Shown in pieces: positions 8,544 to 18,723 of a stretch of DNA of 64,000 bases. The translations under genes and the position numbers were made by a program. Each line of letters starts with the position of its first letter. Position 1 is the first letter of the stretch. The stretch comes from Desulfatiglandales bacterium (GTDB taxonomy: Bacteria > Desulfobacterota > DSM-4660 > Desulfatiglandales > Desulfatiglandaceae): contig OY759599.1 in NCBI GenBank assembly GCA_963662465.1, positions 3,264,001-3,328,000 on the forward strand, written 5' to 3'. The notes beneath the pieces were generated by a model that was not told the DNA's origin, did no database searches, and saw nothing but the letters and a program-made list of their open reading frames with translations.

Positions 8544-10868
8544 ATGATAGAGAAGATCGCACAATTCATTGTAAACAGAAGATTATTGATCGCCATACTG
8601 GTATTGGCCACCACGGGCTTCCTTTTATACCATGCCCTGCATATCCCCATTAATACATTTTTCCCGGATCTCCTCCCGCAAAACCATTCCTTCGTACAAC
8701 TCATTAAAAAACATCCTAAATTCGGCGGAACCAACAGCGTCATTATTGGGATGGAAGTCAAGGACGGAGATATCTTTACACAAAAAACCCTCCAAAAAAT
8801 CATTGATTTCAGCAACGCGCTTTATTTTCTTCCCAGTGTTGACCGAACCAAGGTGGTATCCCTAGGCGTTAACAAAGTGAGAAATGCCAAAATCACCTCT
8901 TGGGGCATATCCAGTCCTTCCATCCTCTTTCCGGAAGCCCCCAAAACCAAGGAAGGGATTGATCAGCTCAAAGCGGATGTCTACAGCAACCCGGCCTATT
9001 ATGGAAACCTGGTGAGCCTGGATGCCAAGGTTGCCCTGCTCAAGCTGGGGTTTTTTGAAGACAAACTTCAACCCCGCCTCGTGTACAAGGAGTTACAGGA
9101 CCTGAAAAACCGCTTTGAGGACGACAACACCAAAATTCATATTGTGGGCGAACCCTACCTGTACGGGGTTATTTTTTCTTACCTGCCCCAAACCGCCTTC
9201 TTCTTCCTGGTCACCGTTGTGGCCATGCTGTTGATCGCCTTTATCTACACCAGAAGCTTCCGGCTGATCCTCATCCCCTTAAGTTCCGCCTGCATCTGCG
9301 CCATTTGGGGACTGGGCTTCATGCAGCTGATGCACTTCAACCTCGACCCTCTGATCCTGGTGATTCCGCTACTGATCAGCGCCACGGCCCTCAGCCATTC
9401 CATTCAATTTAACTGGCGAATCAATGAAGCCTATGCCGACAGCGGCAACCTTCGTGAGAGCGCCATAACCAGCATCAAAGGTCTTTTTTTCCCAGGCCTG
9501 ACAGGGATACTTACGGACGGAAGTGGTATTTTTCTCATCTCCCTGATTCCCATCCCCCTGATGAACAAACTGGGACTTTCCATGTTTCTATGGTGTTTGA
9601 CCATGATACCGGTCATCCTCATCTTCAATCCCGTGATCAACCTCTATCTGCCGGCCATGAAAAATGTCAAAAGATGGCGAGAACGCAGACGAAAAGGCTT
9701 TATGGAATCGGTCTTGCTGAAAAAGGTCGGGAACCTCAACTGCCGACCCGGCGCGCCCTGGATCATTGCCTGCGTCTTTTTTGTCCTGGCCCTGGTCGCC
9801 TTTTATCTGAACATGGGCCTTCAGGTGGGCGACATTCAGGAAGGCACACCCATCTTGCAGGACTCATCCGAGTACAACCAAGACGTGGAATTCATGGCGA
9901 AGCGTCTTCCCGGCAGCATGAACCCCATGCTGGTGGTGCTGGAAGGAAAAGAAGAGGGGGCCATCAAAGAACCTGAGCTGCTGAACCTGGTGGATCAATT
10001 CCAGGCTCACATGGCCAAGATTCCCGAAGTAACCTACACCCTTTCCATCGTCGATCTGGTCAAGGGGATCAACATGGCCTTCTGGGAAAACAACCCCAAT
10101 TATTTTATTCTGCCCGACAGCGCCAGAGGGATTTACGCCAACCTTCACCTGCTGACCAGCGGCGGCGCCGAACCCGGCGATTACGACACTTATTATGATT
10201 TTGATTTCAAGGATTTGAACATCACCGTATCCTGCCAGAACCACCTGCCCTCCACCATCGAAAAACTCCTGACGTCAGCCAATGAGTTCATCGCCACCCA
10301 CAAAACCGACAAAGCGGAATTCAAGCTGGCGGGAGGCCGCGTGGGCGTGATCGCGGCATTCAATGAATCCATCGTCGTGCATGAAACCACCACTCTTGTG
10401 GCGGCACTGGTACTCACGGGCATCATCGCATCCATCGTCTTTCGGTCATTTTTAGCGGGGATTTTGCTGGTGATTCCCCTTTCCCTGGCATCCTGGTTCA
10501 CCTTTGCCTACATGGCCGTCCAGGGCATCTCCGTCAACCTTCAAACCTTGCCCATATCCATCATTGCCATCGGCATCGGCGTGGATTACGGGGTTTATTT
10601 ATTGAGCCGAATCCGTGAAGAATACGCCAAAAAGCGCAATTTGGACAGCGCCGTAAAGGAGGCCATCGGCACGGCCGGAAACGCCATTGTGCTGACGGCG
10701 ATTATTATCATCGCCGGCGTGGTGTTCTGGAACTTTTCGGACATTAAATTTCAGGCGGACATGGGCCTGCTGTTATCCATCGTAACCCTGTTCCACCTGC
10801 TGGGAAGCCTGCTGCTTCTACCGGCAATGGTTCAAATCATTAAACCGCGGTTTCTGATGAAAAAATAA
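8544..10868 (+). CDS. RND/MMPL-family transporter
   Basis: Two TM bundles with large periplasmic loops; IGIGVDYGVY motif. Confidence 0.88.
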   Translation: MIEKIAQFIVNRRLLIAILVLATTGFLLYHALHIPINTFFPDLLPQNHSFVQLIKKHPKFGGTNSVIIGMEVKDGDIFTQKTLQKIIDFSNALYFLPSVDRTKVVSLGVNKVRNAKITSWGISSPSILFPEAPKTKEGIDQLKADVYSNPAYYGNLVSLDAKVALLKLGFFEDKLQPRLVYKELQDLKNRFEDDNTKIHIVGEPYLYGVIFSYLPQTAFFFLVTVVAMLLIAFIYTRSFRLILIPLSSACICAIWGLGFMQLMHFNLDPLILVIPLLISATALSHSIQFNWRINEAYADSGNLRESAITSIKGLFFPGLTGILTDGSGIFLISLIPIPLMNKLGLSMFLWCLTMIPVILIFNPVINLYLPAMKNVKRWRERRRKGFMESVLLKKVGNLNCRPGAPWIIACVFFVLALVAFYLNMGLQVGDIQEGTPILQDSSEYNQDVEFMAKRLPGSMNPMLVVLEGKEEGAIKEPELLNLVDQFQAHMAKIPEVTYTLSIVDLVKGINMAFWENNPNYFILPDSARGIYANLHLLTSGGAEPGDYDTYYDFDFKDLNITVSCQNHLPSTIEKLLTSANEFIATHKTDKAEFKLAGGRVGVIAAFNESIVVHETTTLVAALVLTGIIASIVFRSFLAGILLVIPLSLASWFTFAYMAVQGISVNLQTLPISIIAIGIGVDYGVYLLSRIREEYAKKRNLDSAVKEAIGTAGNAIVLTAIIIIAGVVFWNFSDIKFQADMGLLLSIVTLFHLLGSLLLLPAMVQIIKPRFLMKK

Positions 10869-10976
10869 GTACTTAAAAGCGAATGACCAAAAACCAACGG
10901 AAAGGAGGTGTATATTTAGTTTTTAAATGGGAAGCGCACGTTCAAATTGACCCAAAAGGAGAGGAGAGAGAAAATA

Positions 10977-12488
10977 ATGAAAAAGAGATGTTCCGTATTG
11001 TTTGTATTAATGGGGCTGATGGTCATGCTTTCTTTCGTGGCCATTCCCAACCTCGGCGCCATCACCCTTGATTCCAAAGGCGACTATGAGCTTGGCGGCT
11101 ATCTGAGAAACACCACCGGCGTAAGGATGGAAGATAGCATTAATCCGACCACTTCCGGCCCCCTTGCCTCCGGCAACAAGGCCTGGAGTTTTTCCATGGT
11201 TCGGACCGAACTGTTTCTCGATTTTTCAGCAAAATTCACGGATGAACTTCGGTTCAATGGAACCGCCAGAGGATGGTACGAGGCGGTTTACGGACTGGAT
11301 ACCGGCGTCAACCAGTATCCCCGGGATCTGGACTCAGTACCCGGCCCCCACGCCAACCCCATGGAAATGGGTTTTGATTTCAGGGAATACTATGTCACCT
11401 ATTCACCGGGAAATTTCGTGGTCAAGGCCGGCAGCCAGCAAATCGCCTGGGGTGAAGCCGACGCCCTGCGACTGGCCGACGTAATCAACCCCCTGGATTT
11501 GAGCTGGTACTGGTCCTTTCCGGCCTGGGAAGAAATCCGCATTCCCCTGACCATGCTGGACGTGGTCTACAACGTACCCGAGTCCAGGCATGACCTGCGC
11601 TTTGAGGCCGTGTGGGTACCGGCTGACTTTCGGCCCCACCAGTTTGCGGCGCCCGGCGGCAACTGGTCCCTTTACAGCGGCGGGTTTGGTCTGCCCGACT
11701 TTGTGGGCACCGCAGTCTTTAACCAAATGAATGAGGATCTTCCCACCAACGACCTGCGAAACGGACAGGGCGGCGTTCGGGTCCGCGGGAAATTCGGTGA
11801 ATGGGATACCTCCCTTTTTGGCTACTACCAGCGGGATCAGATCGGTGTCGCCACCCTGGATCCTCAGGCGGCCCTGAATCCCCAACTTTATCCTTTCAAA
11901 TGGGACTTTCCCCACATCATGAATATCGGCGGAACCTTCAATATGTATTCCTCCATGCTGGAAACGGTGTTCAGAGGGGAAGCGGCCTATGTGATTGATC
12001 AACCCTTTGGAACGAATCTGGGATCCAATAATGGAAACGGCTTTGCGCCCGTCTCCCAATACGGAGAAAGTGATACCTTCGCCTTCATGGTGGGCTTTGA
12101 CAAGAATGTCATGATCCCCGCGCTCAACCGGACCAAGTCCTTTTATTTCAGCGGCCAGTGGTTCAATAAATGGGCCTTGAACCTGGACTCGGACAAGTAT
12201 CTAACCTTTATGGGAGAAAACGACGCCAAGACCTATCAGACGGTTGGAAGCCTGATGATCAACACCGAATATTTTGAAGGTAAAATCATCCCACAAGTAC
12301 TCGGCGTTCATTTTTTCACGTCCGGCAGCGGTTTTTTTGACGGCAGCATTACGTTTAAGCCCACCTACACCTTCAGCATTGCTGCGGGAATCCTCAAAAT
12401 CTGGGGAAACGACAACCAGGCGGGACTCTATTTCGGTCCCATCAAACGCGACGATCAGTTGTACCTGACAGCAAAATGGAGTTTCTAA
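10977..12488 (+). CDS. DUF1302-like outer-membrane protein
   Basis: Signal peptide, G.QQIAWGEAD...DVINPLD motif, C-terminal Phe; typical partner of RND/YCF48/DUF1329. Confidence 0.8.
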   Translation: MKKRCSVLFVLMGLMVMLSFVAIPNLGAITLDSKGDYELGGYLRNTTGVRMEDSINPTTSGPLASGNKAWSFSMVRTELFLDFSAKFTDELRFNGTARGWYEAVYGLDTGVNQYPRDLDSVPGPHANPMEMGFDFREYYVTYSPGNFVVKAGSQQIAWGEADALRLADVINPLDLSWYWSFPAWEEIRIPLTMLDVVYNVPESRHDLRFEAVWVPADFRPHQFAAPGGNWSLYSGGFGLPDFVGTAVFNQMNEDLPTNDLRNGQGGVRVRGKFGEWDTSLFGYYQRDQIGVATLDPQAALNPQLYPFKWDFPHIMNIGGTFNMYSSMLETVFRGEAAYVIDQPFGTNLGSNNGNGFAPVSQYGESDTFAFMVGFDKNVMIPALNRTKSFYFSGQWFNKWALNLDSDKYLTFMGENDAKTYQTVGSLMINTEYFEGKIIPQVLGVHFFTSGSGFFDGSITFKPTYTFSIAAGILKIWGNDNQAGLYFGPIKRDDQLYLTAKWSF

Positions 12489-12560
12489 AAATGTTTCAAA
12501 TGCTCATTTTGAGCATGGCGCTGGTCTTTTACAGTGCAACTTTTTTTGGAGGTAAAAAAG

Positions 12561-13847
12561 ATGAAAAAATGGTTTAAATTTTCGATCTGTTTAATGGCGA
12601 CACTGGGATTTGTATCCCTGGGCAACGCGGAGATGCGGGAACCCATGGACGGGGCCGGATGGCACTATCCCTGGAAAGACACTTACTCGGTATGGAAACC
12701 GGGAAACATGAAGTACGACGAAAAACTGTTCGACCAGGATGTGACGGCGGCCTATGGCTGGGAAGCCGAGGACGTGGACAAAATCAAGAAACTGCTCCCC
12801 CCTGCCCTGTACACCATCATGAAACACCCGGAGGACTGGGGCCCCAGACGGATCAACGTCACTGCCTATATGGAAAATACCGGCTTTCTGTGGAAACGGT
12901 TCCTCAAGGCCACTGAAGAATACAAGGGAACCGCCAAGATTGATAAGGTGGGATGGATTCGCAATTATAAAGCGGGCGTCCCTTTTCCCGACCCCAAAAC
13001 GGGTCTTGAAGCCCTCTGGAACTTCAAGAAACACTTCAGCGAAGACGATCGAATTCTCTCGACGGTCACCATCATCACCAACCGCGGCGGCCAGGTCCGA
13101 TACCAGACTTCCGACGGAAACCTCATGTATTTTGACGGCAGGCTGCAAGTCGACCCCAAACCTTTGTATGAACCCAACCCGAATAACGAAGTGCGGATCG
13201 ACGTGTACGCCAACGCCCATCCCTATGAAATGCGGGGAACCCTGTCGGTCATCACCCAGTACAACAACCCGGACAAGGATGATTCCTTCTGGCTGTACCT
13301 GCCGGCCCTCCGACGCGTACGCCGCCTCTCCGCGGCCCAGAGAACCGACCGACTCCCGGGCGGTCAGGATCTCATGTGGGAAAACTTTGACATCTTCAAC
13401 GGCAACCCCATCAACTACACGGCCAAGCTGCTGGGCCAAAAAGAGATGCTCGCCGTACACAACGGGGATCCCAAAGGAACATGGATTGACGGGAAACACC
13501 TGGCCGGCCCCAACGACTACTACCAGAAGGTGAAAGTTCATATCATCGAAATGACGCCAAAGGATCCGGATTTCCCATTTTCCAAGATGATGCTCTATGT
13601 GGATTCCCAAACCTGGATGCCCTATTACGGGGAATGGTACGACAAAGAAAACAAACTCTATATCTTCTCCATGTTTCAATATGCACCGGGCAAAAACGGT
13701 ATCTTCTGCCCCGTGGTCATGAACCATGTGGACATACAAACCATCCACAGTACCGGATACTGCCCGACCGATCCCAAATACAACACGGGACTGACGCCGG
13801 ACTATTTCAAGGTGGACAACCTGAAAAAGGAATATCCTTCCAGGTAA
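12561..13847 (+). CDS. DUF1329 / outer-membrane lipoprotein-sorting-like periplasmic protein
   Basis: GVPFPDPKTGLEALWN and WLYLPALRRVRRLS motifs. Confidence 0.85.
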   Translation: MKKWFKFSICLMATLGFVSLGNAEMREPMDGAGWHYPWKDTYSVWKPGNMKYDEKLFDQDVTAAYGWEAEDVDKIKKLLPPALYTIMKHPEDWGPRRINVTAYMENTGFLWKRFLKATEEYKGTAKIDKVGWIRNYKAGVPFPDPKTGLEALWNFKKHFSEDDRILSTVTIITNRGGQVRYQTSDGNLMYFDGRLQVDPKPLYEPNPNNEVRIDVYANAHPYEMRGTLSVITQYNNPDKDDSFWLYLPALRRVRRLSAAQRTDRLPGGQDLMWENFDIFNGNPINYTAKLLGQKEMLAVHNGDPKGTWIDGKHLAGPNDYYQKVKVHIIEMTPKDPDFPFSKMMLYVDSQTWMPYYGEWYDKENKLYIFSMFQYAPGKNGIFCPVVMNHVDIQTIHSTGYCPTDPKYNTGLTPDYFKVDNLKKEYPSR

Positions 13848-13948
13848 ACGCTCACACTTTAATTCAAGTGCGGGCATTTGGCGCCCTTTCCAGGCGCCCA
13901 AATGCTCGCCCCTGGTTTTTAACCTAGTTTTTTTGGCGCAAACGGAGG

Positions 13949-14854
13949 ATGGTGATGTACAAAAATATCCTGGTTCCCCTGGATCAATCTCCATTGGCGG
14001 AAGAAGGAATCGAATCCGCGATAACCCTTGCAAAGGCATTTGATTCAACGATTCATTTGCTGTACGTCTTTGAGATCATTCCGCTGTTGAAGCGGGACAA
14101 GGAAGCGGAATACCGAACATTAAAAAGTGAAGGGGAGACGTATCTTTCCGAACTGAAAGAACGGATTTCCGAATTCGGCGTTTCCGTCAAGACCGTCGTG
14201 ATTCCGGGAGACCCGGGGCTCGTCATCTGCGACTATGCGGAAAAAGAAGATATGGACATCATCCTCCTTTCCGCCCGGGGCCGCGGCGAAATTGAACGGT
14301 GGGCACTCGGCTCCGTATCGGATAAAGTGGTGAGGCATTCACCGAAACCCGTATTGCTGGTAAAATCAGCGTCCAGGGATCTTCTTCGCGGTCGAACCAT
14401 CCTGGCCGTGGATGACGAAGCGGACGTTCTGGAAGTCATCGAAGAAGTCCTTGACATGTGCATTATCGATAAGGCCCCCGACCATGAAACGGCGGTGAAA
14501 TGCCTTAAAAACAACCGCTACGACCTTGCAATCCTGGATATCATGGGGGTGGACGGATTTGACCTTTTGAAACGGACGGCAGCAAAAGGAATCCCCACCG
14601 TCATGCTGACGGCCCATTCAGTAACGGAAGAATCACTGAGCAAATCCGCGAAGCTTGGCGCCGTTTCTTTTCTTCCCAAAGAAAAAATGGGAGAACTGGA
14701 AAGCTTTTTAATTGACGTCATCCGAAGCAGCGGAAAACCCGTATGGAAGAAGCTCTTTGATAGGATGTCCCCGTACTTCCGCATGAACTTCGGCTGGAGC
14801 GCCAAGGAAGAGGCGAAACTTCGCGAGGAATTTGAAGCAATCGGAAGAGAATAA
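13949..14854 (+). CDS. universal stress protein fused to a receiver domain
   Basis: YKNILVPLDQS...LGSVSDKVVRHSPKPVLLV (USP) followed by ILAVDDE...ILDIMG...MLTAH...FLPK (REC). Confidence 0.88.
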   Translation: MVMYKNILVPLDQSPLAEEGIESAITLAKAFDSTIHLLYVFEIIPLLKRDKEAEYRTLKSEGETYLSELKERISEFGVSVKTVVIPGDPGLVICDYAEKEDMDIILLSARGRGEIERWALGSVSDKVVRHSPKPVLLVKSASRDLLRGRTILAVDDEADVLEVIEEVLDMCIIDKAPDHETAVKCLKNNRYDLAILDIMGVDGFDLLKRTAAKGIPTVMLTAHSVTEESLSKSAKLGAVSFLPKEKMGELESFLIDVIRSSGKPVWKKLFDRMSPYFRMNFGWSAKEEAKLREEFEAIGRE

Positions 14855-14886
14855 GATACTCAAAAGAAATTGAAAGGAGATTTTCC

Positions 14887-15300
14887 ATGAATAAAAGATA
14901 CAGCAAGAAACTGTCCGTCTTTCTGGCAGCCCTGTTGGTCTTGGGAAGCATCATTTGCGCGACCCAGGCATTTGCCGAAGCCAAGGTTTCCATGGTCGGC
15001 GCCATCCTGGCCCCCGGAGAGAAGGGTGGCGTAAACGCCTATGTATTGTGGACCCAGGCCAAAAAATGGCATTTCAACATCACCAAAATTGACGCCATCA
15101 ATGCGCTTGGCACTTCCCCAGATGGCTGGTCCATCCTCCATGAGGTCAGTCCCAACCAGATCAACATCGTGGGCAATAAGAAACTCCTTAAGGATTTTGC
15201 CGATGCCGCAACCCCCGGCAAGCAATTCCAGATCGATGGCGTCCTGTATGTGGCCGATGGCGTAATGATGATCGGATCCTTTAACGAAATTAAAAAATAG
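14887..15300 (+). CDS. hypothetical secreted protein
   Basis: GGAG RBS; signal peptide ending AFA. Confidence 0.7.
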   Translation: MNKRYSKKLSVFLAALLVLGSIICATQAFAEAKVSMVGAILAPGEKGGVNAYVLWTQAKKWHFNITKIDAINALGTSPDGWSILHEVSPNQINIVGNKKLLKDFADAATPGKQFQIDGVLYVADGVMMIGSFNEIKK

Positions 15301-15383
15301 CACGGGAAAGTGATTGCCCCCCTGCTTAAAATGGGGCGGAAAACGGCCTGAAAGCCGTTTTCCGCTCTGGAAGAACGAACGTC

Positions 15384-16286
15384 ATGAAAACAAATTGTAA
15401 TCTGCATATATACCGTAGCAGTTGTTTTTTCACCCTCCTTTTTTGCCTGATGGCAATGCCGGCCTTCGGCCGGGACAAAACAACCACTGCCGATGAATAC
15501 AAAAAAAAATACGCTGTGATCCAGGAGAAGGCCGTAACCCTCCCTTCGGGGGCGATTTTCAAAATCACCTCCATTGATCAACGTGCACTGAATCAACTAT
15601 TGGGCCGATTGAATCTCTCCATGGATGAGTATAACAGGCTGGTCCATAAGAAATTTGAAAAGATGTCTCCCAAGGAAATCGGTCGGCACATGGACTTCTG
15701 GGAAGCCATGATCGCTCAGTCCGTTGTGGCGCCCGAGATGTGTATTGAGCCGGAAGACGGAAAGCTTGAAGTCCGCCTTCTGACCCCGGAAGACATGGAC
15801 AAACTGCAGGAGGAGATCGGCAAACTCAACACCCGGATACCGGAACTGCCCCTGAAACCCCTGAGTGCAGCGCCAACAAGTCCGGATGCCCCTCAATACA
15901 CCGTCAGCCGATTGCTCATGGACCCTGACAAATACGAGGGAAAGTCGGTGGACGTTTACGGCGAAGTAGACGGTGAATTGAGCGATATCGGCATTTCGCC
16001 CCGGCAGGGCAACAGCGTCAGCCTTCAACGATTTTATCTGACCGACGGCAAAAAAAAGCTTCTGGTAATCAGGTTCTACGTGAAAGACGACCGACTGCAC
16101 ATGAAATCCTTTCTAAGAGATATTTTTCATGGAAAAGACGATTCGGTAAAAGTTCACGTCAAAGACGCTAAATTCACCTCCCAATGGATTAATGAACCGG
16201 TTGTTTTGACCCACGGGAAAAAGATCGACAAAATCAAATCCGCCTGGATGGAAACCGCTCGCCGAAACATTGAAGTCTCAAAATAG
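15384..16286 (+). CDS. hypothetical secreted protein with C-terminal OB-fold-like region
   Basis: Signal peptide; DPDKYEGKSVDVYGEV motif. Confidence 0.65.
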   Translation: MKTNCNLHIYRSSCFFTLLFCLMAMPAFGRDKTTTADEYKKKYAVIQEKAVTLPSGAIFKITSIDQRALNQLLGRLNLSMDEYNRLVHKKFEKMSPKEIGRHMDFWEAMIAQSVVAPEMCIEPEDGKLEVRLLTPEDMDKLQEEIGKLNTRIPELPLKPLSAAPTSPDAPQYTVSRLLMDPDKYEGKSVDVYGEVDGELSDIGISPRQGNSVSLQRFYLTDGKKKLLVIRFYVKDDRLHMKSFLRDIFHGKDDSVKVHVKDAKFTSQWINEPVVLTHGKKIDKIKSAWMETARRNIEVSK

Positions 16287-16430
16287 TTTCTCTTTCTCTA
16301 TTCTTCTGAAAGAAGCTTTCCCTATCAAATTGAAAGACATTTACAGGCCCTTCTTTTCAGCAGGTCGCGATGATACCCAAAAAACAATTAAAATAAGCAC
16401 TTAGCACCCAGCAAAGACGATACTGCGATT

Positions 16431-16524
16431 TGGCATGCTTTATGCTTTTCGAAAGTAGGCAAAGCCGAAAAAAAACGGTTGACAGATTATTGGGTCCAAT
16501 GTAATTATCTAACAATCGTTCGTT
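16431..16524 (+). promoter_or_regulatory. tandem sigma54 and sigma70 promoters with putative TetR operator
   Basis: TGGCAT-GCTTT-ATGCT (16431-16446); TTGACA (16479-16484); CTAACAATCGTTCGTT (16509-16524). Confidence 0.6.
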
Positions 16525-16614
16525 TGTTTACGTGCCCATCCAAAAAGCATGTGAAACGGCAGTGGCTTATGCCGCATAAATAATTGTCTAACCCTTGCAG
16601 GAGGTGTAACCCCT

Positions 16615-18699
16615 ATGAAGTACGTAATCGGCGTGGACGTGGGAGGCACATTTACCGACCTGGTGTGCCTGGATGAACAGGGCAATGCGTTATTAACGAA
16701 AACACCGTCAACACCAGCTGACCCTTCAGTGGCCATCATGAATGGTATTTCCAAGGTATCGGGAATGCTGGGGAAAGACGCTGAGACGCTTTTGAAGGAG
16801 ACATCCAGAATTACGCACGGCACCACCGTGAGCACCAACACCGTCCTCACCTGGACCGGGGCAAAAGTTGGATTGCTAACCACAAAGGGATTCCGCGATA
16901 TCCTGGGCATCCGATTCGGCATCCGGGAAACCCCTTATGATTTTACCGTGCCGCAACCCAATACCTTATGCCCCCGCTATCTGCGCATGCCCATCGAGGA
17001 ACGGATTGATTCCACCGGAAAAGAAGTGCTGCCGTTAAACGAAGACGATGTGCGGAAGGCCTGCGCCTATTTGAAAGCCCAGAACGTTGAAGCCGTTGCC
17101 ATCTGTTTTCTATGGTCTTTTAAATATCCCGAGCATGAAAAACGCGCTCTTGAAATCTGCCGGGCCGAACTCCCCGGCGTGTATTTATGCGCCTCCTGTG
17201 AGATCCAGCCTGAAATCCGTGAATACTGGCGCATGAGTACCACGGTCATCAACGCCTATGTGGGCCCCAAACTGTCCAATTATCTCACCCATCTTTCAGC
17301 AAGTCTCAAAGAATCCGGGTTTTATGGTCAGCTATTGATCACCCAGTCCAATGCAGGGGTTATTTTCCCGGAAGTCGCCATCGAGCAGGCCGTCAGGACT
17401 GTCCTTTCAGGTCCTGCCTGCGCACCTGCCGCCGCAGCTTACGCGGGAAAACCACTGGACTTGAAAGACGTCATTACCGTGGATATGGGCGGCACCAGCT
17501 TTGACGTCTGTTTGATCAAGGACGGCAAACCGGTTACGGCCCTTGAAAGCGCGGTAGGCGGGGTCTACCACATGAAACTCCCTCTGGTGGATGTGCGAAC
17601 CATCGGAACGGGGGGGGGCAGCGTCGCATGGCTGGACAAGATGAATGTACTCCATATGGGGCCGCAAAGCGCAGGCGCGGATCCGGGACCGGCCTGTTAC
17701 GGCAAAGGCGGCCAGGAACCCACCAGCACCGATGCCGATGTGATCCTCGGGTATCTGGACCCGGATTATTATCTGGGCGGTGAAATGACGCTTCATCCCG
17801 ATCTGGCTCGAAAGGCCATCAAAGAAAAAATCGCGGACCCCCTGCAAATAGACGTGACCGAAGCGGCCTGGGCCATGAAGCAGGTCATCGACCATCACAT
17901 GATCGACGGGATCTCCATCGTATCCGTCCAGCGGGGAGAAGATCCAAGAAAGTACACCCTGGTGGTGGCCGGCGGCGCGGGCGCCTCTCATGCGGCCAAC
18001 TTGGCTTCCGTGATCGGCATCAAACGCATGCTCATTACCAGAAGCTCTTCGGTTTTCTGCGCTTTAGGGGGTGTTATTGCGGATGTCCGACACGATTTCG
18101 TGCGATCCGTTCCAGGCGTTACCAGCAAAATGGATTTGGGGAAAATGAACTATGCCTTCGAAGAAATGAAATCCGTGGGCGACGAATACCTCAAAAAGGA
18201 AGAGGTCTCCGTAAAAGACCGCTACTATCACCAATCCCTTGACATGCGTTACAAGGGTCAATATCACGAACTGGAAGTGCCCCTCACCCTGGATTTGGAA
18301 AAAGCGTCGTCGAGCGCCGTTGATGCGGGCATCATTGAAGAACTGGTGGAGCAGTTTCACCAGATGCACGAATCGCTCTACTCATACCGGGATACGGCGG
18401 AGATCGAAATTTTAAATCTCAGGCTGGCCGCTTTCGGAAGAGTCCATACGCCTGAAATCAAAGAAGAGCCCTTCGTCAGCCGGGATTCCGAAAATCATCG
18501 GAAGGGTCAACGGGACGCCTATTTTCAAGAGAGCAATGGTTTCATTTCGACGCCTGTCTACGATGGGGAAACCATGGAAGTGGGCAATGTGGTGGAAGGT
18601 CCCGCCATTGTGGAACTTAAAACAACCACCATCGTGATTCCCCCAAAGGCAAACCTCGAAGTAACACCCTTTGGCAGCTTTCTGGTGGAATTGTCCTAA
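16615..18699 (+). CDS. hydantoinase A / oxoprolinase family subunit
   Basis: GVDVGGTFTD, HGTTVSTN, DMGGTSFDV, SAGADPGPACYG motifs. Confidence 0.93.
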   Translation: MKYVIGVDVGGTFTDLVCLDEQGNALLTKTPSTPADPSVAIMNGISKVSGMLGKDAETLLKETSRITHGTTVSTNTVLTWTGAKVGLLTTKGFRDILGIRFGIRETPYDFTVPQPNTLCPRYLRMPIEERIDSTGKEVLPLNEDDVRKACAYLKAQNVEAVAICFLWSFKYPEHEKRALEICRAELPGVYLCASCEIQPEIREYWRMSTTVINAYVGPKLSNYLTHLSASLKESGFYGQLLITQSNAGVIFPEVAIEQAVRTVLSGPACAPAAAAYAGKPLDLKDVITVDMGGTSFDVCLIKDGKPVTALESAVGGVYHMKLPLVDVRTIGTGGGSVAWLDKMNVLHMGPQSAGADPGPACYGKGGQEPTSTDADVILGYLDPDYYLGGEMTLHPDLARKAIKEKIADPLQIDVTEAAWAMKQVIDHHMIDGISIVSVQRGEDPRKYTLVVAGGAGASHAANLASVIGIKRMLITRSSSVFCALGGVIADVRHDFVRSVPGVTSKMDLGKMNYAFEEMKSVGDEYLKKEEVSVKDRYYHQSLDMRYKGQYHELEVPLTLDLEKASSSAVDAGIIEELVEQFHQMHESLYSYRDTAEIEILNLRLAAFGRVHTPEIKEEPFVSRDSENHRKGQRDAYFQESNGFISTPVYDGETMEVGNVVEGPAIVELKTTTIVIPPKANLEVTPFGSFLVELS

Positions 18700-18723
18700 A
18701 ACTCAGTGAAGGAGGGATGAGAT

